A DNA stretch of 64,000 nt from Octopus sinensis (GCF_006345805.1 NC_043001.1:71858001-71922000), one strand, 5' to 3'; shown: positions 38,776 to 58,224, counted from the stretch's first letter. Made by a program: numbers and translations. Notes: generated by a model not told the origin, from the sequence alone.

Positions 38776-38859
<84 letters not shown>

Positions 38860-39015
38860 ACATACAGAAACATAAACATACGTATAGATATGTATGTATA
38901 GTTATATATATAAATATATACACAAACACACAAAAACACAAAACACACACATGTACATATATGTGTGTGTATACATATATATACATATATATGTATATAT
39001 GTATATATATATACA

Positions 39016-39094
<79 letters not shown>

Positions 39095-39989
39095 CTATAG
39101 ATGACAAAGCAATCTTATACAAAGAGAAATAACTTACAACGGGAAAAACGAAACTGAATCACAAAATCTGAATATAGAGAATTTTTCTTTCACACCACGA
39201 TACCATTAGACACATTTAAGGTAATTATAAATTCAATGGTGTTGTTAATCCGTCGACAAAACATCACGTCTGCTTTCCAAATCACAAGTTAACGACTATT
39301 GCGCTGTCACACTGAACAATTGAATCAAATTACTATTTAGTGGCCAAATAAACAAACATTATGAAAGTAAATGACAAATGATTGATATTTAATCAAAGAC
39401 CCGCTTAGGCGTGAACGTTGCTGACCAAATTTAATTATTCTGAATTGGATAAATAGAAATATTTAAAAGCTGTGGCAATAGTTAGATGTTTGACCAGCCA
39501 TTTCATATTTCTCAGCCAATCATTTAATTGAAAATGATTTAAATGTCATTATCAACATCAGTAATTTGCGACTACCACACTCATATCACCATCATCACCA
39601 CCACCACCATCACCACGACCACTACTACCAACATAATATTAGTGTTCTCTAATCGTGCGTTCATTCGAACGATTTTCGCATTTCCTGTTTAAGTTGTTAT
39701 AGCGTTTTCTTTGAAAATAACTCACGTTTATCTTAGGTTTAAGCTCCCTAAATGGTATAGAAGATTTGCATTAGTCTCCTGTGTTATATAGAAGATTTAC
39801 ATTAGTCTCCTATGACATAGTTGCTAAAACTTTGGGTAGAAGGCCATAGCATATGAGGTCGATGAAATTAATTGATTAGGTTAGATTTGTGGTAGGAAAA
39901 TGGTGAACGTCACAGGAGGAAATATGAACGTTACTGAATAATAGGTAAACGTTACGGGGTAAAAGGTGAACGTTACGGGATAAAATGTT

Positions 39990-40110
39990 TATTTTCTCTT
40001 ATTCCTTTCTGTTGAAGAGCGTAAGCTTGAAACGTAAAAGACTTTTTTTATTTTCCGGAGCATCAAACTAATACACTTATCTCCGTCTTCAGTTTTTTTA
40101 TAAATTTCGA
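39990..40110 (+). mobile_element. Penelope-like fragment with hammerhead-like core (CTGTTGA variant)
   Basis: CTTT-CTGTTGA(40009-40015)-A-GAGC/GTAA/GCTT-GAAA-CGT-A-AAAG. Ends at (TA)n. Confidence 0.6.
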
Positions 40111-40568
40111 CGATATATATATATATAGTCAATAATAATAAGGGTAAAATTAATTCATTAGTAATTAATAATTTTACCAAGCAGTGTTCAGTATGTAAAA
40201 GGATCATTTATGGTATATTTAAACATTACTTTCGTCTGGGGTTACTCAAATCAGACTGGTACGTTCGAATTTTAGTGCTCCCAAATTTAAATTTAACGAA
40301 ATCTTGGGCTGATGACAGGAATGTTGGAATAGGTATGTATTTATAGCATCTCTATATCTAACTAATCCAGAAACGCGTTCGCAAGTAATCGATTTACGAG
40401 TGATCTTTCGTTATTTTCCCCTCTATGCCTACGTGAATTTGTTTTTGAGTATAAATTGTCTGGGAGACTCTTCTTATAGTAGGAGAAATAGCTAAATTCT
40501 TTGGCTGCTATTTCTAAAAGTTCGGTGTGTGGTAAAGTAAATTTTTTGCTGAACCCTAATTATATAAA

Positions 40569-40607
<39 letters not shown>

Positions 40608-41433
40608 AGCTTTAGTGCTTTTCTTTGTGACCGCGAGTGTTTGCATAGTGAATTGCAGGTAAGAGGTGAATATTTTAGAGTAAAAATGTACGTTACAAGG
40701 TGAAAGGTAATCGTTACAGGGTAAGAGGCTGACGTTTCAGGGTAAAAGAGGAACATCACAGAGGAAAAGGTGAGTTCTTGATAGACTCCACCTGTCACAG
40801 TTTCGATATTTTATTTCATGTCTATAATGTCTATGAAAATAATAATATGATTTCTCTATGAATAGGTGATCTTTCATTCGTAGATAGATGGATTTTTTAA
40901 AGGGTATCCCCTATTAATGGGTGGTTTATATCCCATCCATGTAAAGTTGATTGTTTTTCAGTAGATAGCTGATATGGATAACTGATCCTCTATCGATAGG
41001 TAATTGATCCTCTATTGATATACAACTGACACCCCACTGATATATGATCAATCTCTCAGTTTGTGCAGTGTAATTCGGTGCAATAAGCTTTCCAGTCGGT
41101 TTTGCTGCAGTCGAAACGAACAGTTTGGATTTAGAAGCAGCTTTTCCTCTCTACCCAGTTGAGGCACATTAGCAATGATTATAGCGAGATCAGAGTCGCC
41201 TTGACGTTTCTTCACAGGGATTGATTCGAGAGTCACGGCGAATTGGAAATCCAACCTTGTTGATACATTTTGTGGGAGAAGGTACTTGGGACCGATTCAA
41301 ATTCATTGTTAGATCAATACGTACACGCATATATGTACGTATGTATGTGTATATGCATGCATACATACATACATACATACATACATACATACATACATAC
41401 ATACATACATACATACATACATACATACATACA

Positions 41434-41465
<32 letters not shown>

Positions 41466-41544
41466 ACGGTAGTGCGCTTCGGCATGGCCGCAGCTCTCGA
41501 GCTAAAACTTCTTAAAGGGTTTGTATGTATATGTATATACACAT

Positions 41545-41607
<63 letters not shown>

Positions 41608-42224
41608 ATATACACATATATATATACATCGTATTATATTATATCATATTTCAATTTATTTTATATTGCATTATACTATATATTATAGATGCATGTCTTT
41701 ACAAATATACTTATATATGCACATACATAAACCAACATCCACACATATGCATTCTATATAAATATACAGAGGTATAATTACAAGCACACACACACACAAT
41801 TGAAGATCTGCTTAAAAACAACCCTTTAATATAGACAACTAATTTTGACCTATCTCTGATCTGTGTTCTCATACAAACCTGAACAATGGCATCTATATCT
41901 ACATACGTATCTGAATGGATCCTAACAATAACTTAAAATCAGTTACCAAATTCTTACATTAAATATAATCAACCTAGTAAAAGCCACCTGACTAGATTTA
42001 CTAAAAATTTTAACGCAAACCACTAAATGCAGCCTGAACTCATATACTCTTTTACTCTTTTACTTGTTTCAGTCACTTGACTGTGGCCATGCTGGAGCGG
42101 TTGGGATGAGTAGAGGTGTGGTAACAAGGAGGGGTGACGATGAAGGGAGATGGTGGAAGGGAGAAGGTAGGTAGGAATGAAGAGAGGAAGTACATGCCAG
42201 AGTAAATATATTTATATTTACCCT

Positions 42225-42595
42225 TTTACTCTTTTACTTGTTTCAGTCATTTTGACAGTGGCCATGCTGGAGCACCGCTTTTAGTCGAGCAAATCGACCC
42301 CAGTACTTATCCTATCGGTTTCATTTGCCGAACCGCAAAGTTACCGGGACGTAAACACACCAGCATCGGTTGTCAAGCGATGTTGGGGGGAGGGGCAAAC
42401 ACAGATACACAAACACACACATACACATATACATATACACGACGGGCTTCTTTCAGTTTCCGTCTATCAAATCTACTCACAAGGCTTTATTCGGCTCGAG
42501 GCTATAGTAGAAGACACTTGCCCAAGGTGCCACGCAGTGGGACTGAACCCGGAACCATGTGGTTGATAAGCAAGCTACTTACCACACAGCCACTC
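42225..42595 (-). mobile_element. SINE family A, complete
   Basis: tRNA-like head at the 42595 end. The family tail reads TTTTACTCTTTTACTTGTTTCAGTCA on the plus strand at 42225. Confidence 0.9.
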
Positions 42596-43183
42596 CTATA
42601 CAAATTTAACCTTCAGCACCTATATTTACATGCTCGAATGAAACCTAACAATAATATATAAACAATAAACAACTCCTAACATTAAACGTAATCAATTTAG
42701 CAGAAAGCATTCAAAGCGTTTCAACAAAGTTTTTAACTGTCAAACCAGATAAATGTCTTCACCTTCCTTTCTATCTTTATTCAAGAAATGTTTGCTTTCT
42801 TCTCCTTTTCCTTTATCTTTATCCCCCACTTCTTATTTTACTACTTTCTTCTCTTCACAAATTATGTTTTCCGTTCACCCAGTTAAATTACCCATAAAGA
42901 TATTTCTTTATATACTGCAAAAATATACTATTTCACAGCACCTGCATTGTAGTTACGTTGCTCTCCCGACAAGATAAACCACCAAAAATTATAGATAGAA
43001 TATGAAAAAGCAAAATAAATTACAGTCCGTTGAAGTTGCCACAGTTGAAACTTTGAAGTAACTGTCGACCTTTCTTTGCAAAAACTTACCAGAGCTATTA
43101 TTCTGCTGAAAAGTATTGAATATGGTCCTTCAATTTAATGACTGTTTTTATATATAAATTTAAATAAAGACAGATAGTGATGC

Positions 43184-43255
<72 letters not shown>

Positions 43256-43311
43256 CAAACATAAATACATATGTACATATATAAATGTATATGTATGTAT
43301 ACATGTATGTG

Positions 43312-43352
<41 letters not shown>

Positions 43353-43386
43353 CGTATGTGATGTGATACACACACACATATATGTA

Positions 43387-43453
<67 letters not shown>

Positions 43454-44047
43454 CATATGTGTGTATGTGATTGTATGCATGTATGTATATCACGAAGTTT
43501 ATTTTATTCCAAGAATAAACTGTATGTAAAAACAAATATCGTATGCGTATATATTTATCTTCATATCTCTCAACTATCTTTCTCTCTCCTCCCTCTCTCT
43601 CTCTCTCTCTCTCTCTCCCTTTCTCTCTCTCTCTCTCTATCTCTCTTTCTCTCTCTTTCTGCATATATATAGATATATGTGGTTGTGAGCATGTCTACCT
43701 ACACACATACACACACGAACATAAACGTCTGCCGTGTTCCAATGTACCTGGAACGAGACAGAAATATAATTTGGCAATCCTACCTTTATAATAAATAAAC
43801 AAAATATAGAAATTGGTTGTAGTTTCTAATTTGGAAAATAAGTAAAAATATATAAACTCCGATCAAAAGTAAATTTCTGCTATTAGCTACCAAAATAGTG
43901 CTGTTAGTCTGTTAGTTGATGTAAGACGTGCAACTAAGAAAAGCATGTTCGTAATGGGCCGAATATAGTCCAACCTCTATGTCTGTGCGTTGGCGTATGT
44001 ATTTTTATGCATTACTGCATTATTATTACACGCTGATGATGCCGACG

Positions 44048-48799
<4,752 letters not shown>

Positions 48800-49164
48800 T
48801 GTCATTATTAGGTCTTACGTTTAATTTCTATCCTTTTCCTATATATATATATATATATATATATACTATGAGAGTTACCCGGCGTTGCCCGTGTTACATA
48901 CAATTGATGAATTAAACTTATCTGTTATATTTTCTCTAATGAACTGGAATATCTATGTTTTGAATTTCATCAATATTGTAAATGAGGGTTATTTCCCTCT
49001 TTACACACCCCAAACAAAATTGTAATCGTGCCACATGTATCCCATACTACTGAATTTTATGCGCATATTCCAAAATTTATTGAACCTGGTTCAATAGAGC
49101 TCTAAAATGTGAGAGTTAAAGCCCCTGTTGAGGGTGGTCATCTTAATGTCAACCAGAGAAGTTG

Positions 49165-51672
49165 TCTTTCCATTTCTCCTCTCTCACTATGTCACTCCTT
49201 TGTGTTCCCTCTTTTACGGTACGTCGCCAATCTCCACGGTTACTAGCAACTGCTTCCCAGTTGGTAATATTGATGTTGCGGGCATTCATGTCCCTTTTGC
49301 AAACATCCTTGTATCATAAGAACGGTCTTCCCACAGACCTAGTGCTCCTAGCAAGCTCTCCGAAGAGTGTGTCCTTGGGGATTCTACCATCTTCCATACT
49401 GCTAACATGTCCAAACCATCTCATACGTCTTTGTGTGAGGAGTACAAACATGCTTGGTATTCTTGCTAGCTTGAAGACATCTTTGTTGGGGACATGATTC
49501 TGCCATTTGATGCGAAGGATTTTCTGGAGGCAGCGCAGGTGAAAGATATTTAGGCGACGCTCTTGGCCTGTGTATGGTGTCCAAGTCTCACTTCCATACA
49601 GTAGAGTGCTAAGTACACATGCCTGGTAAATCTTCATTTTTGTGGTCTTGGTCAGCTTATTGTTGTCCCATGCCCGTTTGGAGAGTTGGGCCATCACAGC
49701 AGCTGCTTTGCCAATGCGTATATTGAGCTCAGCATTAAGGGATACGTTGTAGGTGACGGTAGAGCCAAGATAGGTAGACTTCTCCTCCTCCTGTAGTCTG
49801 TAGTCTCCAATATGTATGTTTGGGATGTCCGATCTAGCCAGACCCATGATGTTGGTCTTTTTGAGGCTGATAACTAACCCAAAGTCGCTACATTCTTGCT
49901 CAAAACATTTGATGGGCCTTTGTAGTGCCTCTTCTGTGTGTAATACCAGAGCGGCATCATCAGCAAATAGCATCTCCTTGATCGGGACGCTTCTGATTTT
50001 GGTCTTGGCACGCAGGCGCGAGAGATTGAATAGTTCCCCGTCACTTCTACTGTGCAGAAACACTCTATCATCTGATGTCTCAAAGGCATGTGACAACATC
50101 AGCGAGAAGAAGATGCCAAATAATGTAGGAGCAAGGACACAACCTTGCTTTACTCCGTTTTTAATTTGGAAAGCGGCTGATGTTGAACCATTGTGTTGTA
50201 TGGTGCCTTGCATATCATCATGGAAAGATTTGATGATCCTCAGCAGCTTTGGTGGACATCCGATTTTTTGGAGCAGGATGAAGAGGCCTTTTCTACTTAC
50301 CAAGTCAAAGGCCTTTGTCCGATCAATGAAGGCCATATATAATGGCATTTTCTGCTCTCTGGACTTCTCCTGAAGTTGGCGTATGGAGAATATCATGTCA
50401 ATAGTTGATCTGCTTCTTCTGAAGCCACACTGCGATTCTGGATAAATTCGAGAAGCAAGCAGTTGTAGCCTGGACAGGATAACGCGAGCAAAGGCCTTTC
50501 CAACAGTGCTTAGAAGAGATATTCCACGGTAATTGTTACAATCACCACGGTCACCTTTGTTTTTGTAAGGCGTAATGATGTTAGCATCCCGCATATCCTG
50601 AGGGACTGTACCCTCTTCCAGCACTGACACAGAAACTCATGAAGGTGCCGGAGCAGGATAGTGTTTTTGCCGGTTTTGATGATCTCTAAGGGGATGCCGT
50701 CTTTTCCTGGATCCTTGTTACTTGCTAGGGAGTCAATAACCTTGGTGAGCTCTACTATAGATGGCAGTCTGTCAAGTTCACACATGACTGGCAAGATCTT
50801 GACACCCTCGATTGCAGCCTCAGCTACCGTGGTCTCCCGTGAGTAGAGATCCTGGTAGTACTCCACCCATCTATCCATTTGCTTGCTTTGGTCCTTGATG
50901 AGATCTCCAGTAGTTGATTTCAGAGGGGCTGACTTGGTTGCGGATGGACCGAGGGCCTTTTTCAAACCGGCATACATCCCACGGGTGTCGCCACTGTCAG
51001 CAGCTGACTGGATACTCTGACAGAGTTCCTGCCAATACCTATTTGCACAGCGTCTGGCAGTCAGTTGGGTTTTATTTTTTGCATTTCTGAGTTCTTCAAG
51101 TGACTTTATAGAAGAATCACTCTTGTATTGCATCAGAGCTGCACGCATTGCTTCGATAACTGTTTCCAGTTCTGAGAGCCCAACACTGAACCAATCTTTT
51201 GCCTTTCTCTCATGCCGAAAGTATTTATTGATGTAGTATACCAAGGTTCCCTGATATAATTCCGCCTATTTTCAGCAGAGGAGGTTGGGCAGCTACTGAA
51301 GGCAACCTTGATAGAAACAGCAAAATATTTTCGCAGTGAAGTGTCCGAGGTTCTGGCAGTGTTAATGCGTGGTCAGCCCATTTTCTTGGAACGATGGACT
51401 TTTTTAGGCAGAATCCTCACCCTGCTTCTTATTAGTGAATGATCTGTGTCACACTCCACGCTGTGGTAACTACGGGTCAGTTGAACAGAATTCAGAAAGG
51501 ATCTTCGTGTAATGATGAGATCCAGCAGATGCCAGTGGTGAGATCTTGGATATCTTCAAGATACCTTGTGGGTTGTCTTGTTGGCAAAGAATGTGTTGGT
51601 GATGCACAGGTTATGGTATGTGCAAAATTCAAGTAGTCTCTGACCATTGTCATTCATGTTGCCAATACCAAA
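49165..51672 (-). mobile_element. RTE (BovB-like) LINE internal fragment, from the middle of the APE domain to the post-RT region; both ends missing
   Basis: APE motifs GNMNDNGQRLLEFC..NLCITNTFF and HWHLLDLII...CDTDH; RT motifs YRGISLLS, FIDRTKAFD, GVKQGCVLAP, LFADD and YLGS. Confidence 0.95.
49314..50630 (-). pseudogene. Uninterrupted 438-codon RT segment of the RTE ORF; a frameshift near 50630 separates it from the upstream 244-codon segment (50510-51244)
   Basis: ORF track; RT domains recognisable. The full ORF has stops and frameshifts on both sides. Confidence 0.9.
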
Positions 51673-52367
51673 ACATACACTTACATGTATACATACATAT
51701 ATATACGGTTAATTTGTTTCGGTTCCTGTCTACGAAATCCATATATATATACACACACAAAGATAAATTGACAGATACAACTGAGTGGACAAACAAAAAT
51801 ATGAGATACTGCCTAGTGCTTTTTTTATATTTTGATAAGCCTGGTACTTATTCTATCAGTTTCTTCTTGTGAAACCAGTAAGTTATGGGGATGTAAATAA
51901 ACGAACACCAGTTGTGAAGCAGTGATGAGGAAGAAACACAAAGACACACACATAGACTTACATATATACATACATATACATACAATTGATTTCTTTCAGT
52001 TTCTGTCTACAAAATCCACTGACAAGTCTTTGGTTGGTCTGAGGCTATAGCAGAAGACACATGCCAAGTTACCACATAGTGGGACTGAACTGAGGACCAT
52101 GTGTTTTGGAACGAAGTTTGTAACCACACAGCCACGCCTGCACCTATGTATGTGTGTGTGTGTTTGTGTAGGTGTGTATGGATGTATATATGTATGCATG
52201 TATATATGTGTATATATGTGTGTGCATATTACATGTACATCTATATATATATATGCATGTAGACATATACATATATATCTATAGAAATAGATCTATACAT
52301 ATACATGTATACATATACAGCTATACATATACATGTATACATATACATCTATATATATATATACATA

Positions 52368-52414
<47 letters not shown>

Positions 52415-52517
52415 CATATATATACATGTATATATATATACATGTAATATATATATATATATAATATATATATATACATATATATATATAATATATGCAT
52501 CCATATATATACATGTT

Positions 52518-52549
<32 letters not shown>

Positions 52550-52578
52550 ATATATATACATGTATATATATATACATG

Positions 52579-52684
<106 letters not shown>

Positions 52685-53129
52685 TCCATATACATACAAT
52701 AGAGAGATGCTTTTCTTCCACTTTTAACACGTAATACTGAAATAGTGGAGAAGATGTGATATTACTGTGGGATTGCACTAGGCAGGCAAGAAGTTAAACA
52801 TGTTTTGCCTATGACACTACATTGACCCTAAGTAAGGCATGTGTAAAATTTCAATGAAATTGGTTGTGTAGTTTTCAAGTTTTAGGGATTCACACAGACA
52901 GACAGACAGATATTCTCAGTTTTATATATGTGTGTTATTATATGACTGAACACCTCGCGTCGTTTTCTTTTTTCTTATTCTCCAAGTAATTTTTTATTAT
53001 AATAATTATGACGCGCACTCTTAACTCTTTACTTGACCTTTCCTCCCTGTCTGTCTGTCTTCCTCTCTACCTGTCTCTCTCCTTATTTTTCACCCTTTCT
53101 GGTTTCTTTTCCTCTCTCTCTCTCACTCC

Positions 53130-53611
53130 TCCTCTCCCTGGCCGCTGACCGGACTACTAACCTTTCTTTCTTCCCGCTGCTTTCAACAAGTCAACATCGA
53201 CTTTCTCCTGTCTTCCGCAAGCCGATCTTCAGAATGCGTTCCAACGAATTTTTCCACCGTCTAGGCTTAAAAAAAGCCCTTATTGTTGGTCCCCTTGTCC
53301 TGTTTTTATTCTTTATGTGTACTGTTTCTTTCTTCGTTTGTATTGCTTTTACGTCCTGTTCTTGTCACTTTCTTTCACCCCTCTGCAAAAGAATTTTATT
53401 TAATTCATTTTGCAGGAAGGACTGCTTCGGCCGGATCGTGTTCTGCCCTTACCTTCGAAACACGCATTGAGTCGAAACAGGGGCAACTGATGAAGGGGAA
53501 TATTCCTTGTATTGTTTGTCTTGTACTCTGTTTTTTCGTTGTTAAAAAAAGGCCGTTTCCTTATGTTTTCGTTTCTCGTTGTGTTCTACGTTTATTTGTG
53601 GTGTCCTGTAC
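53130..53611 (+). mobile_element. Penelope-like terminal fragment
   Basis: Weak resemblance to a PLE ORF end (IFRMRS..FHRLGLKKAL), then hammerhead core motifs and a T-rich 100-nt tail ending at a TA-type tract. This is the same layout as 9245-9407. Confidence 0.5.
53437..53498 (+). ncRNA. Candidate non-circularly permuted hammerhead ribozyme
   Basis: Stem III CGTGT(53437-41)/ACACG(53460-64) after GAA; stem I TGCCCTT(53444-50)/AGGGGCA(53479-85); CTGATGA 53487-93; stem II GGGG(53495-98)/CTTC(53453-56). Confidence 0.55.
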
Positions 53612-53698
53612 TCATATATACATATATGCATGTATATATACATATAGATGTAGGTATGTACATATATATGTATGCATATGTTTTATTTATTAAATTGT

Positions 53699-53736
<38 letters not shown>

Positions 53737-53909
53737 TATATATATAATATATAAAAGGAAATGAAGAAAATGGTGACAAAATAATTTAAGTAAGGGAGAG
53801 TGTATTTAATTAGGTGAAAGTTCTTTTTACCGGTTGCGCATTTGTTATGCTTATCAAAAGATATTTTTAAAGAGAGATAGAGTTCCTTTCTGATAGATTT
53901 TTTCTCTTA

Positions 53910-53942
<33 letters not shown>

Positions 53943-53950
53943 GCATAAAT

Positions 53951-54914
<964 letters not shown>

Positions 54915-57730
54915 CAGTTAAGCTTCGTGCAATGGCCATACTCGATAACGAGGAGGCAGCCATAATAATGTATATATGTATATATTTGTGTGTATGTATG
55001 TATTTATGCATGCATGCATGCAAGTATGTATGTATGTATGTATGTATGTATGTATGTATGTATGTATGTATGTATGTATGTATGTATGTATGTGATTCAC
55101 AAGTGTACACAAGACAGATATAGGTAAGGATCAACAAACAAAGTGTATTAGTTTGACGCTTAGGGAAAATGGCAGAGTCTGACGTTTCGAGCCACATTGT
55201 GCTTCTCCGTTGTTTGTTTTGATTCTATGTTCGTATTTAGTGGTCGTCCGATATTTGAAAATGCAGAAAGTCTTTGTACGATAGTAGTAAACAGTGAGAA
55301 CGAAAGTTCAACACAACATTTGATGGATAAATATCTAGAATTTGTAGATTTAGAATGCTACCAATGGTCTCATGAGGAAAAAGTTTCCATGTACATACAC
55401 AAAATGTAGGCATGTGTGACATGCTGTATACATTAGAATACATTTATATATAAATGTAATTATTGCCGTTGTTAAGTGTAAATGGCCAACGCAGTTTGTC
55501 CTCATGTGCAACAATATATATTTCTGTTAAATGTTCACAGTAGTTGTTCAATTATTTCTTCACGCAGACAAGAAACATAATCATTCACCAATTCAACAAA
55601 TACAATCCAACTCCTTAATGCCATGACATTGGTGACATTGATGACACCTGACTTTCATCTTCACCAACAGAGTCATTGACATCTCGTAGCTCAAGAAAAG
55701 GCCAACTCAAGAAAAGACCGTGAAATTGAACAACCGACATTGATGTATATTGGACTCGGAAACAGCCAGCAAAAACCGTTAACATAGACCCGACTCACTG
55801 AGCACGTGAACATCGACGCGTCACCATTATTATGACAACGATGAAAAGATCAAAGGGGACAGACGCTGTCACACACAATTCTTACCACTGCAACCCTTAC
55901 CTCTTGAAGCTATGACGTTGAGAAGATTATGAGCTTTGGCACATCTTTCGTCTTGCTCAAAATATGTATCAAATCCAACATTCAACACCAAGGAAAGTTT
56001 CCTCTCGAATGACGGTTTCGAAAGCGAATTTGATCCAGAACCTTACCGAATTCACTGTAACGACGGGTAGTTAATCTTTTCATATCCTTTCGGTTGAGTA
56101 GTTCCAACTAATTTGCATTCGGTAACATCACATAGTATTGTGGATATTTCCTCTTCCAAGACATCTAACGTAGAAACTTACCCCCTTACTTTCATCTTTT
56201 CTACTTCCTCTAAACTAGCGAATTTTTGTAACAGAACTGAAGGCAGAATTCAGCCACTGACAGACACGTACAATAGCACTTGCATCGTTATTTTGCACGT
56301 TCAAACTTAATGGCCGAAACACTTCAACAAATTGTTCATTTATTGCATTCAACTATGTTATTGCAAGTTAACTACTTAAATGCGAGAAAACAGCAGTTTC
56401 TTTGTCAATAACTCACGCAATTTCTAGGAAGGCAGACCCCTCATCATGTATGCCAATCTTCAACCATAATTAACGCATTATATTCCAGGACAGATGAATA
56501 CTATCCAACAGACAGCAAACACTTTGATGATATTTCACCGGTGACTGTGAATATAGGGTACATCAAGGGTGCTGAAAACTTTCTTCAGTAGAAATAACAG
56601 CTAACATGGACCAGACAGTTGTATTCGGCGGCCCAGCAAAAGCCGGCAACACAATAACGAATTGCAACCAAACATGACTTCACAAAGGAGATTCTGACGA
56701 ACTTCTGTGCATGTTTTTGTTTACTTTTCATTTCGCTTTTATTAAAACTGGAAAAGGTTGTCTTGCCCTGCAAACGTCATTCATTCACAAACACGTTGCA
56801 GCAAACATGTCCAAAGTTCACGAATGTTTCTGCAGACTTCATTTGCAATCAATTTCACACACGCATGCATATTTCATGGTGTTCCATATTTCTGGAGGAT
56901 TATACACCACCTTTGCATTTATATTACTCGATGATCTCATAACTTTCTTTTTTAAAAGTTGCTTTCTCTATTTGCCTGTGTTTCTCACAATTATGCTTTG
57001 AGAAAACAATGTTTTATTTGATTTCACTTTGTTACACGCCTTTTTGCTTTTGTATTTTGTATTTCAATATTTACCTTGATTGCTGCATGGCCATTTAGTT
57101 TTAAAATTTAGACTTTACTCAAGTATACATGTACTATTCTCTTTTTATTGCTTCGCTTTTTTTACATTATTTCCATTCTTAACTATAAATGGACAACACA
57201 GTTTGTTGTTATGTGCAACCATAAATACTTCTGTTAAATGTTGACGGCTGTTCTTCAGTTATTTCTTCACGCAGCTAAGAAACATATTTTCAATCACAAA
57301 CTCAACCACGGTACAGTTTTCTGTACCAACAATCATAGCGACATTAACGAAACGTAAAAGAAGCAGTTATCTCACACACACACACACATACTCTCACTCA
57401 ATCTCTCTCCCTCTCTCTTTCTCTCCCCCTCTCTAGCTCTCTCACTTTCTCTCCCTCTTTCTCTCTCTCTCTCTCTCACATACATTGACTCTCTCTTTCC
57501 CTCTCCCGCTCCTTCCATTTCCCTCCCTCACTTTCCCTCTCTCTCTCCCTCTCTCTTTCTCTTCCACTCTCTCTCTCTCACTTTTCTCCCTCTTTCTCTC
57601 TCATACAAACACACTCTCTTTCTCTCTTCCTCTTTCTTTCTCTCTCTCTCTCACACAGACGCTGGCTCTCTCTTTCCCTGTCCCGCTCCTACCTTCTCCC
57701 TCCCTCTCCCTCTCTCTCTCACTTTCTCTC

Positions 57731-57812
<82 letters not shown>

Positions 57813-58224
57813 TTTATATGCATGTCTATTTTGTCCCTATTTTTCAGTGTCTGTGTATAAGAAATCCTAAATATATTTATGATTTTGTTTTTTTAATATG
57901 AAATTCGCAGCAAATGTATAAACTAATCAAGAACACAAAATTAGCTTTTACGAAAAGAATCTAAACACCGAAACCCTGATAAGCCCTTATCTAGTAATCC
58001 TGTAATTAAACAGATATTAACTATAACCATACTTTCTTATCGCTCAATTTCTAAAACTATATCACCTAAAGAATCCTTCCTTTTAAATGTGGTTGTGTGT
58101 GTTATTTCAGGGAGACTTAGCTGATATTTCTAACAGTTCCATAATTAGATAGATTGTTTATTTAATGAGATAAGACGGATAAGTATATCTAAGAACATTC
58201 ATGAAAAGTATATATCATTAATTA

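Noticed and set aside
41055-41290. Higher-GC unique island as a coding exon
   Set aside because: Plus-strand splice-bounded frames all contain stops. The minus-strand ORF has no recognisable homology or strong donor site.
53452-53510. Canonical type I, II or III hammerhead fold at this locus
   Set aside because: No GAAA follows the local stem II hairpin (rules out types I and III), and no stem I hairpin fits between GUC(53471-73) and CUGAUGA (rules out type II).
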